From assembly GCF_964355755.1 (NCBI RefSeq), contig NC_092672.1:11718001-11782000 (forward strand): a DNA stretch of 64,000 nt, written 5' to 3'. Both the position numbers and the translations under genes were made by a program. The notes under the pieces were generated by a model. That model searched no databases. It saw only the letters and a list, made by a program, of their open reading frames with translations, and was not told where the DNA came from. This DNA comes from Antedon mediterranea. Taxonomy: Eukaryota > Animalia > Echinodermata. Shown here piece by piece: positions 12,001-26,087 of this stretch (the first letter of the stretch is position 1; the number at the start of each line of letters is the position of its first letter).

Positions 12001-15000
12001 GCAATTTGTTTATGAATAAAAATATATTATGTAGAAGACATTTACAGTGAAGGATAAGGACAACATGCAGTTTCGACTAGGTTTATTCACATTAAAAAGT
12101 AATACATTCAAAATTAATATAGACATTGGAACTCCTTGATTACATCCTAAAATTAAATTAAAAATGAATCTTATTTCCCTCTGATATTGGCTCCCTACCT
12201 ATAACGACGAGAAATCTATGAGAATTGACATGTTTTCAGAGAATTTAAACTTGAAATTGATATTGATTACAAATATTAAATGATTAGATCAATCTTGTTT
12301 ACTTTACGTACAGTGTGATAAGTCTGTGCAGTGGAGGATCCAATATCCTTCAAAATCTTGTCTATTTGTTTTAGGAGGATTAAACTTTCACCCTTAAATA
12401 TATATTATATACAATTTTTTGTTTTTTTCAAACATTTTGTTTTGTCATGACGATGAACACCCCCCCCCCCCCACAAAAAAAAACCCACTTATAAAATGGA
12501 TTTTATATATGAATCACAAAGTTACAATTCTATAATGTTAATATCATACGGTAACAGATAGAAGGAAGAAGATAATGGCAGTATGCTTTTTATTTTATTT
12601 TAATTTTTACATAGGCCTCACCTCTGTTTGCACAAATATCAACTATAAAGTTTATTATCAACTAATCATTGTACAACTCGAAGATGTTCCCATGAAAGCA
12701 CATACTTTCATATAAATTGCTATAGTTTTCTCAGTGTAGGCCCTATAATTATTTTGTCATTTGGAAAAACCCAATACATTGTTTCACAATTGAATTGCTT
12801 ACATTGTTCTATAAAACGTCTGATACAATGATTGATTTTTTTGATACAATACGGTAAAAATCGAACACAATTCTTATTTTCCATATTTTAACGACGGAAT
12901 TTTAAAAGAAAAATATACCCTATTATTATTGCTATTTCTTTAAATTTATGATGAAGTTGTCACCAATAAATGTTTATTATCTATTTTGAGTTGTTTAATG
13001 ATGGCCATATTTTCTTTCTCACAATGACAAGCATAACAAAATCAATTATATAGATATACACACTATTGTCTAATTTGAAAAAAAAAAACCATGGTGCTTA
13101 GAAGTTTATCTATAATATTAATGTATGAAAAAGAACTAAAAGCAATATTTCTAACAATAAAGAACATTTCATGGACAAATTGAATATGTATACCAAAAAA
13201 AACCAGATAAATATGTTTGTTGAAAAGCAATTAAAGGCAAGTAAAAACGTTTATGTGTGGGTAAATCCATAACGTCTGTTTTCTTACTGAGGGTAGAACC
13301 ATAACATAGAGTATATATCTAGGTAGGTAGCTTAGCGGATCAGCAGATGCTCGCCTCTAAGCAATTCTGTATTAAAACCGGTTGGATAACAAATTAATAT
13401 TTTGTCATTATTAAGTTTTGCAGGAAGAGAGGGATATATAGACGGTGTGAATTTATGGTAGCTGTGTTCAGACAGATAACAAGTTAATGGGAAATATTCA
13501 GATTGTTTTATTTTTGATAGAAGTGGTGGTGGCGGCGTGGGACTGTAAAGAAAAGTGAATGAATTGCTTTTTAGGTGATGATACCTTTTCCAGCCTCCAT
13601 TAGCACGTGACGTCATAATTTTGGCTGTTTAATGTGAGTTTTTGTTACGAATGTAATCAGTTTCCATTTAGCCGCAACATGATCACAAAACAGGTAGAAA
13701 TGTATTTATACTCGCAGTACCTTCAGCACACTTACCCACTAAAACCATATGCATTATGACCTGCCATATTGGTTTCACTCTGATAATTGTAATTTTTATA
13801 ATCAAGTCATTAGTATTTAAACAACAAAGATACTTTACTATACATGGAATATATTATAATCGACGTTATGATTCTTCTTATCAACATATACTGTGAGTGA
13901 TTTGAGGGAGGTGGACAAGGTATATTCATATTCTTTTTATGCATATTACAATGCAATTAAAAAAAAACTATAATACTGTAAGGTTGAAATTAATGAATAT
14001 ATTTTTCAAAAATAAATTACAGTAATTAAATTACAGATTCATTATTATTTTAAGTAAATGTGCACATTTTAAGTACTGTTGTTTCTTCAGATTTAATTAT
14101 AATCTAATTTTATTTAAACTTAATTTTATAACATTTGTTTTTATTGTAAAATAACAAAGCATTCTTTAAAAAAATTGCTCATGGCAATTTAGCTGAACAA
14201 CAAACATCTCTTTGTCTATGCATGAGTTATTCAAAGAACTTCGATTTTAATGCTCTTAAATATGATATAATGGCATTTCTAGCGCTAAATCTGTTTGTTA
14301 TAAATGACAAGCATTCCCAACGTACTACTATTTTCAACTAACAGCCTACGCAGTATTGTTATAAAGTTATGAGTAACATATTGAATCTAACTAAATTCAA
14401 ATAGCATCACACTCTACCTTTACTGTGTAGTTTTTCTCATGGGAGAGGTAATGGATAACAAAATCTATGCATCAAATTAAACTGATAAATCATCAATAAC
14501 TTGTATATGTCAGTGGATTTAATATTGGCTTGTATCGCAGAGATCATAGTCGCGACCAACTTTCTCATCTACCGATGTCATCTGCTTCGTTTAATTAGTA
14601 TTATTGATGGATTAAATGTTATTAATGTCCGACAAAGAGTTATCACTCATAAAATTCAAATATTGATAAGTTGTTGACTTGGCTAAAAGATATGAGAGGT
14701 AGAAATGAGCCGATAAAGAAATTGCTTGTTATAAGTAGTGTGAAACAAAATATCGTTTCAATTGAAATTGTACCTATTTAAAGGGGTAAATTGCGAAATT
14801 CCATTATCGTAAGTGAATACAATTGTATAAATGTTAAATGTATTAAAAATCATTTCGGTAATCTCTAAACATTTCTTAAATCCGGACTTATAGCAACCAT
14901 GGCGAATTATTAATACTTTCCGCACTGAAACACACGGGGTGTTCGAAACTTGTCGTAAAAGTGTTATCGACCTGAAAATGGCAACTTTTCAATAATCTTC

Positions 15001-16695
15001 CATCCAGTTTAAAATTAACTTTAATTCATAGTTGATTGATACTTACACATGTTTTACGCACGTGAAACAGACAGATTCAGGATGGATTAGGGGCGGGTGG
15101 TGATAGGGAGAAATGAGGTCTGACCTCACAAAATTCGATCCCCAAAATCCGTCTATGGTTGATAGAACCACTTTCAATTGTTGGTATCTTGATGACAACA
15201 CTACCATCATTATAATAACATTAGTTAGCGCAAAATGTTAACGGCACATCATCGTCAGTGTATAGCTCCTTTATGCTGATGCAACTTAGAGGCCTAAAAC
15301 GTTTATACAAGATACTATTATTAACACTATTTCGAATTATTAACCTTCGTATCTATTATAACTACGAATACTAATTAATATTACTTAATTAATAGATTGT
15401 TGTTAGTCTTACTTAAAAAAAATAAAACGTGAACCGCAATATAATAAATATTTATAATAGTTTGAAAATATGTAACCATCCATACGCAAACAAGGTGTTT
15501 TTCTATAGCAGGAGTTCAAATGGGAAGGAGGAGACGGATTACAATGTGTTTTAATAACTTGGCCTAATGAAACATTGTTTACATCATATTCTTTACTCCA
15601 TGTTTACATCTGCCATCACCGTAGCCAATTTCGGAAATAAACTAAAACATAATGTTGGTTATAGTATCTTGTTTAATCATCTGTATATTCATCGACCGTC
15701 AATCACGTGGGTTTAAACGCGCATATTCAATTTTCCAATTAAATATAACAGATGGGAACCACTTTCCGACCAGCATTCTACATTTATAGTGAGAGTTTCT
15801 AATTAAAATGTCAATCTGTGATGAAGATAAACAATCTAATGTGAATGAATTCCAAACCAGACGATAATTTTTGGCGGGGAATTAATTCCTGTTGCCTCAT
15901 CGACTGATGAGCTGATGTGAAGATATTAAAAAGCATACGATTCTTGTAATAGTGTTCGTTGCAAAATCATCCTATTTTCTAAAACGTGGAAAACTGGCTC
16001 GTAAATTGTCAGATGAAAATTAACTTACCCACGTATGTTATAAATTTTAATCAGGAATAGTCAGGCCTCTAGTCCACTTATGTCGTTTAACTTAAGTCAC
16101 AATTGTAAATGGTCAAGTAAAAGTCACAAAAATTGTGAGTAAAGGAAAAAACAGTTATAATACATCGTTTAAGTAAATGATTCAGGCTATACCACCAGTA
16201 CACATTCTAATAATTTCTTTAATAATAATAAATGTTACGATTTACGCAAGAACGATGTTGCATCAACCGGAATGATAAAAGTAACACTGCACATGACAAA
16301 ATAACGGATGAAAAGTGATAGTGGAATGAAAGAATCACTGATGTATAGCACCACCGCTCAAATGTCGGTTATGACAGGCCTATTTACAATTTCTTGAATT
16401 ACCTAAAACTCAGAAACATGAAGGAAATACGACAAAAAGCTATACGTACTGTACAGAGGGAATTGAATGATGGTGTCAATGCTCACATCAGAATATTATT
16501 ATCTTCATGTATGGAGGAAAGAATATAACTAAGTATGTAAAAACGTAAGCAGATACTTAAAAATGTATTGTGTATTATTATCATTACTGAAATTACAATT
16601 ACACATAACTTCGTTTTTAAAAAAATATTTTTAATCCCACATTATTGCGAAAAACGTCGGACGAAAGAGAGAAACGTTTTGGACTATTTGAGAAT

Positions 16696-16790
16696 AAGAC
16701 CGAGATTCGAACCCGGAACCTTCCGCTTGATATGCAGGTGTCCTAACCATTAGACCACTGGGGATTTCATGGTATAGTTAAAACTCCATT
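16696..16790 (-). mobile_element. tRNA-containing repeat family A, partial copy
   Basis: accgagattcgaacccggaaccttccgcttgatatgcaggtgtcctaaccattagaccactggggatttcatggtat matches the other family A copies. Confidence 0.8.
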
Positions 16791-17303
16791 GGATAGTGAC
16801 TTCTAATCAATCTACGGTATCAATGCTCTGAAAAATAAGTTATTAATATACAATTTTATATTATATAATCATTATTTTTGTTTATGATTATTAAATGCCA
16901 ATATTGTTTACATCAGATTGGCTAACAAATTCACTTTTCAACAAATTTAGTTTTCTGTTGTCATAAGTATTATTTCAATTGTAGGAGAATGATATGGTAC
17001 CGTATGGTATTCTATTTTGTGTTTTTTTTAATAAAAAAAGAATTGCCAGCAATTTTATTTTTTTAGAGCATCAACAGTAATAAACTATAAACTATCAACT
17101 TTTATTAGGCGTCCAAACCAGCATATTATATATGCATCAACATTTGAATATTATTATATCTATTTATAACTATTTTAAAATATTAGATGGTTAGTAGGCC
17201 AACATGAAGAAAAACATTTTCTTGTTCCACCTCCAAAGAAATGACGGAAAAGAATTATTAGATGGTCGATAATATTAATATTCTTATTTTGATATTATTT
17301 ACT

Positions 17304-17400
17304 ATTATAACACACCTGAATATATTCTTATCATTTGATTGGACGATTGTGGGTCACAAGCCGTTCAATATATGGTACTATTAAACGATCGTGTGCTAGT
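17304..17400. mobile_element. Terminal fragment of the repeat at 26088-26496 (inverted orientation)
   Basis: tattctta tcatttgattggacgattgt...aaacgatcgtgt is the reverse complement of acacgatcgttt...acaatcgtccaatcaaatgacaggaata (26402-26473). Confidence 0.7.
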
Positions 17401-19171
17401 ATATCAATGTAAACTACAGTATTTATTTAATTTATTATAATTTCTTATTTTTTTATATGTTTATTTATGGAGTGAAAAGTCAAATAAAAGTATTAACATT
17501 AGCTTACTCGGTTGCGTTGATGTGATGTTGTTTTCGAACCGAAAAGAAAAACAAAATCCAATCAATAGAATCGTGTATCGAATGTACGTTTTTATTTCAG
17601 TTAGAAATACCAATCTTACTTTAGGCTTTCGAATTATTTTCGTCTACTACTATGCGTCTATATAATTCCATACGTTTACATTAAAGGCGACATATCTACT
17701 TATGACAATGTTGCTTTAAGTCAATTAGGAAAATGCATAATTGCATCAGCTTGAAGCATAATTGATGTAGATATTGAATAGATTGTAGTGCCAATAGGCA
17801 AGAGTGGCAACCAAGTTCTTTTCTTCTTGTATTTTTTGTGTTAATGGTTAAAACAAAAACACTTTGTCGAAAATTGCTGTGAGCAACATTCAAAACTAGT
17901 TAATCTTATTCAGTATAGTCAGTTTTAACTATACATGGCGTCATGGCAACCTAATAAGGAAGAACCAAATAACGCCAATTCTAGTAGTGTCTACTTGTAC
18001 CATGTTGGCTGCAAAAAGTCGACAACAGTCAGATTTAAAATTGGTTGTAATTGGAAAAGTTGTGATTTTTTCTATATGTATAAGTCATATCGCCATCCAT
18101 CTAAGTAAAAAAAAACGTAGCGGCCTCAAGTTAAGTTTCTTTGATTTTTATAGACATACTCCCACGAATACAGTACCAAGATGGTGATTGCACCAAGGCG
18201 TACTATAATTGGTCTAGCACCAAAAAGCAGACAACAAGCAGAATATAGCTATATCTGTAGCTTATTTTGCTAATTTAAGCATATAATCCGTTTCACTGTT
18301 CAGATAAACAAGCACAAGCTTAGTTTTTCTACACAAAGTGTTAATGTTTATTAAATTACCAATGCTCAATAATATAAGTCTTCTTTAAGGCAATCATAGA
18401 TAGCTGTTTAGTTTCCCGACAGAGTTGATATGGCCCACACAGTCACACACTCAGCGGCTACAGTAGTAGGTTAAATAGACATATAGATTGCTTTATTCAA
18501 AACCACTATTTTTCTTCTGAAATAGTAATTGCAAGTTTGTTATTATTAACAATATTCTAGCATGCAGCCATAAATGTATAATTAAGAGTGCTAAAGAAGA
18601 TAATGAGAGTCACTGTGCTTGTCATTTGTATTGATAACCTTCATTTTTTAACATTGCCGTTATAATAATGAATTACAGGTCATAATATGAGATTTCATAG
18701 AATCCCAGGTCGTAATGACTGTACTGGTAATAATCACCGCATTTATAATAAAACATTGTAGGGCCTACCATATCAAGAATCTAATGCACTACTCCATAAA
18801 GATTATTTGTATTTACATATATTTCAGTATCGCTATTTTATTTAAAATGTCGTGAGTTTTTCCTTGCTTTATTTTAAACATTCTGTGCTACCTTTACTTT
18901 ATGCAGGATAATGGTCTCAATGTTCAATTGATCGCCCTGAACTTTTAGCTAAGAATTGCTTATAAAAATCTCGAGTTACTGTGTATTCAATATGACTGAT
19001 ATATCAAAGTAACACGCCCTCTGTCGCTCCATAATTATTTCACTTAATTTCTGAGCGCTCAATTATGTTTTGTTTATTATGTAAGTTCACATTTTCTATT
19101 TTGTTTTACAAGACCACACGCCGATTCCCACCGATGTAAGATTAAATGAATCTTAAAAATTAAAACGACAT

Positions 19172-19800
19172 ATGAATACATTCTGTTTTCCAATGTCGTC
19201 ATCCTCCTCCAAATCTGATTTAACATTAAAACGTTCATCAGAAATCATCCTGCTATGTTTATATTTTAGAACTAATCTGTATCAACATCAGTAAATGTTG
19301 TAACGTACGTAACAACGATCATCTGGATAATCTCCCAAACAAAAGTATTGGCCAATTACTTGTATGCAGATATTCCGACGCAACATAACCAATCAATAGA
19401 CCAGTACGAGTGCATCATTATGATGAAGATGACGTAATCTATTTCTGACGATGGGTGATATAGATAGGATTTTATGGCATTCTGTTGATTGACGAAAAGG
19501 TTTAAATCATAATTCTATGATGTCAATTCATAACCAATACCACTATTTTTAGATCTATAGGCTTTCATGTACGTATTGTTAGATGTGTGCTGCTGAAAAT
19601 AGGTAAACAAAGAGTATATTATTATTGATATTCATATAAAGGTTTTTATTTTGTCAACAATAGACAATGAGTGCATCATCAGAAATACCATTTTACGATT
19701 CCATACTATTAAGTTACTTTTAATCATGGCTCTGAGATCAATAAAACTGGACCAGTTCTTATGTGCTTAGTATCTCTTACTTTGGAAGTACTCCAACGAA
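19172..19800 (+). pseudogene. Possible highly decayed third paralog of the Ig receptor genes
   Basis: Hydrophobic leader-like ILFSNVVILLQI, TIIW (W at 19324), SDDG*YR* (19444-19467), SIH..IP (19523), C-I-(fs)-SE (19672), SYFGSTPT (TPT at 19790). Several spacings match genes 1 and 2, but there are many stops and frameshifts. Confidence 0.3.
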
Positions 19801-20515
19801 CTGTTTAATACCTCCCAAGCGATTAATAACGAAAATATAAACTACGGCAAGATGCTAATTAAAAGTCTATACACGAGTATGCGCACAATTGGTACACGTG
19901 CATACCTCGACACAGTATTCTAAATACAGTACGGTAATAGCTAATAACATAAACTGCGCAGGTTGCGTCTATTTTGTATTTTATAAAACAATACACAAGA
20001 ACTGATTTTATTAGTGATTGTGTTGATTATTTTTTAGTTAATAACCGACACCTAGATATACTTACTTTCATCATTGTAGAGCCCGTATTGATGCTTTCAA
20101 ATACTCAGATATAGTACAGTTTTCTAAAATGTTTTCAGAACAGAATCAGAAACAATCTCATTGGAGAGTCGTTTTTTAAGTTTAAACTCAGTCTAACTTT
20201 TCATATTTTATAAACTAAGAGTTTAGTTACTCCTATTCCTAGATTGTACCTACTCTGAATTTTTAACTTTTTAATTTTGAGACAATCAAAATTGTTAACT
20301 TGTTAACTTTTATACAATCAAAATGTTCAGATAGCAATTGTAACACTTTTATTAATATATTATTATTGCATATTTTTCTATGTTTTTTTTGTTGTTATAA
20401 TGAACAAGCACATCACAAGATGTTTTATTACGTTTACTTTTCCGCTACTCTCCTGTTTTATTTATATGTTTTTTGATATGTAGAAAGATAATCAAAAAAT
20501 TAATAAATAAGACTA

Positions 20516-20927
20516 TATATTGAAAATATTCTTTTTTCCAAACCAATAATTAGTAAAAACTAACCTTGACAGTTTCTGTTTAATGACAGGGTCATACACG
20601 TGACTGAGTTGGTGGGTGCCCTCGTCTCTGTTGATGATTTGGTTTCCTCGTCTGCGGACCCAGATGGCTTCACTGATGCGTCGGTTGTTTGTATCTGGTT
20701 CCCTGTCGATGATTTTAGGTTGTGTCCAGTCTATTATATGATTTAACTTGACGGCATGATCTGCTATAGTTGATTTGCTCAGTTCATTTTTTGATTCTCT
20801 ATGTGATTGACGAGTGAAGTTCTTTCTCTGTTGGGTTATCTTTTCTGATTCTTTTCTATGTTCCTTTAACCTTGTGCCAAAACAACGAATTAATTATTGG
20901 TTTGGAAAAAAGAATATTTTCAATATA
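20516..20927 (-). mobile_element. Penelope-like retroelement fragment (C-terminal GIY-YIG endonuclease) flanked by a perfect 37-bp inverted repeat
   Basis: Minus-strand open frame: RCFGTRLKEHRKESEK...SKSTIADHAVKLNHIIDWTQPKIIDREPDTNNRRISEAIWVRRRGNQIINRDEGTHQLSHVYDPVI. Inverted repeat at 20516-20552 and 20891-20927. Confidence 0.9.
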
Positions 20928-23820
20928 CTTATACCTACAAACCAGATGAACATTTTCAATCAAATAAGACTATACTTTCAAAATTGGTTATATCAGATGA
21001 TGTTGAATCGTATACTATATTATTATCAGTGGCTCATAGCCAAAGTGCAGTGTACTATTAGATATATGTTTCTTTTATAGTATCCTATCCATATTATCAT
21101 TATACTTGTCACTCATGTGTCGCACATTGATGTTGCGCTATTAAATAGAGTAGGCCTATTAGCTAACGCAAATAACGCATCAACTATCGTGTGAAAAACA
21201 TCTGACTCAAAGACTTTTTCGTCTTTTTATTTGTAGGAATAGCAAATACTATGGTACCGTATTATACTCATATTTATGGATGTTTGGTAAACGTAGGAAA
21301 AACATCATACTGCTAATAATCGATTGGTGTGCGTCACTATAAAGTAGAGGGAAAAACCCGGAGGTGCTGACCAGTCGTGCGCGACCCATGTTGATTTTTG
21401 TACATAATGTACAGTACGTTTAAATGGTTACCAAACTGACAAGCATCTGCTGCTTCTATTGGTAGGCCCTATATTATTAAATATATTGTAATTGTGAACA
21501 CACGTTAGTTGATGATCAATGGAATGTGCCAGATTATCGTGCGCGCGGCACCATGTGTAGCGACAATAAACAGCACCGGGGACTGCTATTTCTTTGTCTG
21601 CTGACTACAGAATGGTTCTGCATTCTGACATTCTCATTTCCAAAATCGTTCTAGGCCTGTTGCAGCCGTCACTTGAGATGAAACAGTCCCACAATTGCTT
21701 GTTTTTAGACATGAAACCGTATGAGAATCGGCTGACCAATCATGCCAAATAACTAGTGTCTGTTGGCTCTTACCCCGTTGACAGGCTAGTTAGTGCCGCA
21801 CAATAAATAGACACGTTTAAACTTTAATATTTTCTAAAAAATGGTTCACAGATAATTATGAAATGTTAGGACTGTCGAAATTATGATGCGTAGAGATAAT
21901 ATAGAACTATAATTAAAGCACGTTGTTATATCGTCTTTCCTCGATGTCATCGACCGGTTACAGCGCTGCTCCATATCAAAAGACATCATCATTGAAGCGG
22001 CGTCTTAGTAATCTGTTATATTAAAATGCATTCGTCAGTTGAGAGAGTTTGGTACCGTATTTGGAGTAACATACACAGTATCATAGTAACTGAAGTTATG
22101 AGGTAGACCAGGGGGGTATATGTTTTAAATTAAATGACAGTATAATTTGTCCGAACACTATAACTATAACACAATAACACTTTTTTTTAAGCATTCAAAA
22201 AAAAAAAATGTATCCACTGAGACGCCACGTGACCGATTATATTTGTATTACGGCACTTTGCGATCGATCGTTGCGGTTACTGTTTTAAACAAAATATGAA
22301 GAGTGTAACAGACTATTACAAGTCTACTATAGAGATAAGGTACATATTTGACTGTATATTGAGGACTTTTAATTCGCTTTCATTCACGCCAATGAAATGA
22401 TTCATTCAGAACAATCTATAGGATACTATTTCGTTAGAATTACGACATATCAAATTATTATTATTATTGTTATTATTTTAATTAAGTCCTTTAAAAACCA
22501 ACTAAGGATTAAAGGCTAGGTGCGGGCCAAAAATGTCTGTTTATCATACATTCAAATGATAATATAATAATAATAATACATTTTTACTTCCTGGAGGTCA
22601 TTAGGTTAAACCACTGAAAAAAAATGTGGTTTTTATAGCAGAATAATATTCTACATGTTGTATTTTACCATTTTAAGGGAAATTCATGTTTTCTTTTATT
22701 GATGTACAATTAACCAAATATTATATTTAAAATTCATTCCTGTACCTGAGCTTTAAGGGAACAGGCGACATACTGCGATCCGGAACACCCTCACACTCTA
22801 ACACGGAGACGCAATAACATAACATTATTCATAATATTTACACAGCATTGTAGTGTATAGATCTACTTGCTGTCATTATGAATCAACTGTCTCTACATCT
22901 AGTTATAATACAATGCAATTCTGTATTATAATTCATTTGCTGCGACACTACACAAGTAAAGTTAAGACTGGTTAAGAATTCATAACAACTCAAATAAGAT
23001 CTATTATTTTGTTATTACTTTTACATCTATTCTTCTTTGTTCAGAAAGTAAATGGCTGTAAAACGTGCCATTAATTAACTTTCTCTATAACAATTTCATT
23101 AGACAGATTATAAGTTGATACGTGTTTGCGAATATTTATTACGGCGAAACGTTTCTTAGCTTTAAAGGTAATTTGTATCGAACGAAGTAGACCTATTCGT
23201 TTAGTTATCTTCTGTTCAAGTTTGATTCAATCCATTAGAGCTTTCAGCATAAGTGATTGAAGCACCGATAGAATCTGCTTGTATATTTAATTGGATTTAA
23301 TTAAAGTAAGGACTTTTAATAAATGGTCAAACAAACATTGGATATATACAAATAAGAATTTCCAAAATCGCGCATAATAAATAATATAAACATGTGGATT
23401 TCAAACAAGATAACATGATTTAACCAGTTTGCATAACTATATACATGGTTGTGAATATCATTTCATAAATTTGATATATTACATGCATTTAATTTTTGCT
23501 TTTTGCAATTTCATAGTTTTATTCAAAATGCCTACAATTTCCTTAAAATAATTTCGCAGTGAGTCATAAATCACTTTTCATTATGTTTTCTTAACAGTGT
23601 TTGTGTGTGTATGTGTCTTCGTGTTTCGCTGACCAAACATTGAATCATGAGTACTTGTGAAGTAATTGTATAATAATGAACACAAATAACAATATATAAT
23701 AATGTGACGTAATGCATCACATAATTAAACTGTGTTGTCTTATTTATTGTCTTAATTATTACCGGTATAACAGAAAGGTATTTATTATCGTCATCGAGCT
23801 TATCTGGATTAGACCCTCTA

Positions 23821-24129
23821 TTGATTGATTGAAATATATATTTATACTGGGTAACCTCTTCAGTCAAAGACTGGTCTCCCAGAGGGCCCAGTTGGTGATC
23901 AGTGGCTGTGATGTACTAATACACCGGGGTAACCCCTACTCTTCTCGAAAGATGTACTAGGTTCTTTAAAGTGCACACGAGCTAGATGTGTACACTGGAC
24001 CTTATAGTCCTTATCCGAGAAGATTTGTTCTACCACCAGAACCATGGAGTGAGTGAGCCTCGAACCCCTGCCGATGGTATGGCTACGTAATTACGGTTCC
24101 ACTGTCTTAACCGCTCGGCCACTCACTCA
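23821..24129 (-). mobile_element. Full-length tRNA-derived SINE with Nin/Deu-like central domain and L2-like tail
   Basis: Minus strand: A box gagtggccgagcggtt, B box ggttcgaggc, central ttctcggataaggactat..ggtcc..gcactttaaagaacc..ttcgagaagagtaggggttaccccggtgt, 3' stem-loop and (TCAA)n tail; further copies at 44288 and 49225. Confidence 0.88.
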
Positions 24130-24159
24130 CTCTACGGACCCACGCTTTTCAGAAGTACA

Positions 24160-24350
24160 GCGCATATCAAGGCACACCAGGAGACGATCCCCTACTATTT
24201 TCGATAGTGTGTCAAGCACTTACGCAGGCCTCCTACACGTCTCATTCAAAGTTTGAGGCAATGAGAGTAAAGCATCTTGCATAAGGATGGTATGTAGGCC
24301 TACAGATAGTCTCGAATCACATGCTAGTCGAACATTAATCATTACACCAT
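24160..24350 (-). mobile_element. Degraded SINE-like remnant
   Basis: cccctactattttcgatag (Nin-like) and gagtaaagcatcttgcataagg (CORE-like) motifs adjacent to the full SINE. Confidence 0.35.
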
Positions 24351-25647
24351 CACTCTCAGTTATACAGCTGCACTCCAGAACCACGCAACCGGTCCCAACA
24401 TTGGTGAGAATCGAGGCACCATAGTTTTTTCGACGCAGTTATACTATACTACTATACTATCTATACACTGTCATTTGTTTCATGGGTCATCGAAATTGTT
24501 CTCAGTTGGAATTATCGTGAATGATAAACAGAATTACGTGTGTTCCATTAATGACATAGAGACAGATTAGAACTGTTATCTCAGATTTTATTATATTTAC
24601 TTTTCGAGATTCAATTAGTTTAATACACTTGACATTAGCATCATTAGAAGTAGTAGTTCCAATTTCGTGGAAATTACAAACACACAGCAGAAAATTAATG
24701 TTTGCATAATTTTTATTACCACATTTATTTTAATCAAATGTGTAGAAAGTAATTTAACTTGGTACAAGTACTAGACATTTGATTAAATTTCATTTTGTTT
24801 TGTTTTGAAAATTTGCCAAAAAGAAATACAGCGAGTCGTTATATAGGCGTTATTGATTCGGTAATCAATCATCGAATTTTATAATATAAAACTTGTTAAA
24901 CATCGAAAACATTGCACCTTTAAGTGATTCAATACAAAGCATTTTACATTGATTGATTACCACATAGTATTAAGCTGAGAGACGTGTAAACTTGGAGTCC
25001 ACATTATCTATTTACCCTGTTTTCCCAAGAGAAATTTACACACACTAATCCGATGCATGTACCATCATGCTAGGCCAAGCGTTCCATTAACGCGACTATC
25101 CAGTGAATTATGAGAAATGATAGCTCATGTATTAGTTAAGTTAAATTGGATTTCAGAAAGTAATACGTCACATTTCATGCAGAATACTTGTAACAAGTTA
25201 ACCTAGATTTTAGTTTGTATTACCATAATTATTGAAAAATTTACAATATATGACTATGACACCGATATTGAATTAAGAAATGGAAATATCACACATATTT
25301 GCATGATAGGTAGATTTAACAACGATACAAGTGCCTTGGAATGCATTGATGGCATCACCGTAATTAACATAATTATGTGATTTTTTCCTTCATAAAGTTC
25401 ACAACGCGGCATAAATTTCATGTTTATATAGGCCCTAAGTCAAACGCGCTAAGCTAAACACATATTAATATAAAGAAAAATAATAATTGAGAACTATTTT
25501 AAGTTGCTTTCTTAAAAACAACTGTAAAAACTACTTATGCGTAATGCCCAAATTATAATGTTATATATAAAAATGGAACATCATATTTTCTTTCAACAAT
25601 TAACATTGTTATTTATTCTTGAATTATTGCGGTATACTTCGGATTAA

Positions 25648-25817
25648 AGCGTGGTTCCCACTAGCGACGCAACGCAAGGACGCAACGCAAATGAATTGAC
25701 CAATCACAAGCGATGGCTTATTCGCTTGTGATTGCTGTCTATAACTTCGCTTGTCATTGGTTAAAACGCTTGCGTTGCGTTTACGTCCTTGCGTTATGTT
25801 CTAGTGGGAACCAAGCT
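25648..25817. mobile_element. PIF/Harbinger-type palindromic MITE
   Basis: TIRs AGCGTGGTTCCCACTAG / CTAGTGGGAACCAAGCT, long internal palindromy, TAA on both sides (25645-25647, 25818-25820). Confidence 0.88.
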
Positions 25818-26087
25818 TAAAGCATTACATTCAGGCCTATTGCTTATTCAGCAGCGACATAAATAATTGTCTTTAATGTTATTAACTTCTTCATGTGATA
25901 CACAACATCTTTTTAATCCTGTAATATATTGATTAAAACTTGATACACAAGTTTCAATTAAAATTCAGACCATATTTCATTAGTAGAAAAATAATGCTCG
26001 CAAAAACTTTAGGCCTAATAATATCCTAAACAATCAACTGTTAACCTGTATTATACAATACTGAATGCTTATGAGTGCGATGGTACA

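Noticed and set aside
14779-15025. Possible TTAA-flanked MITE
   Set aside because: Right TIR too degenerate to support
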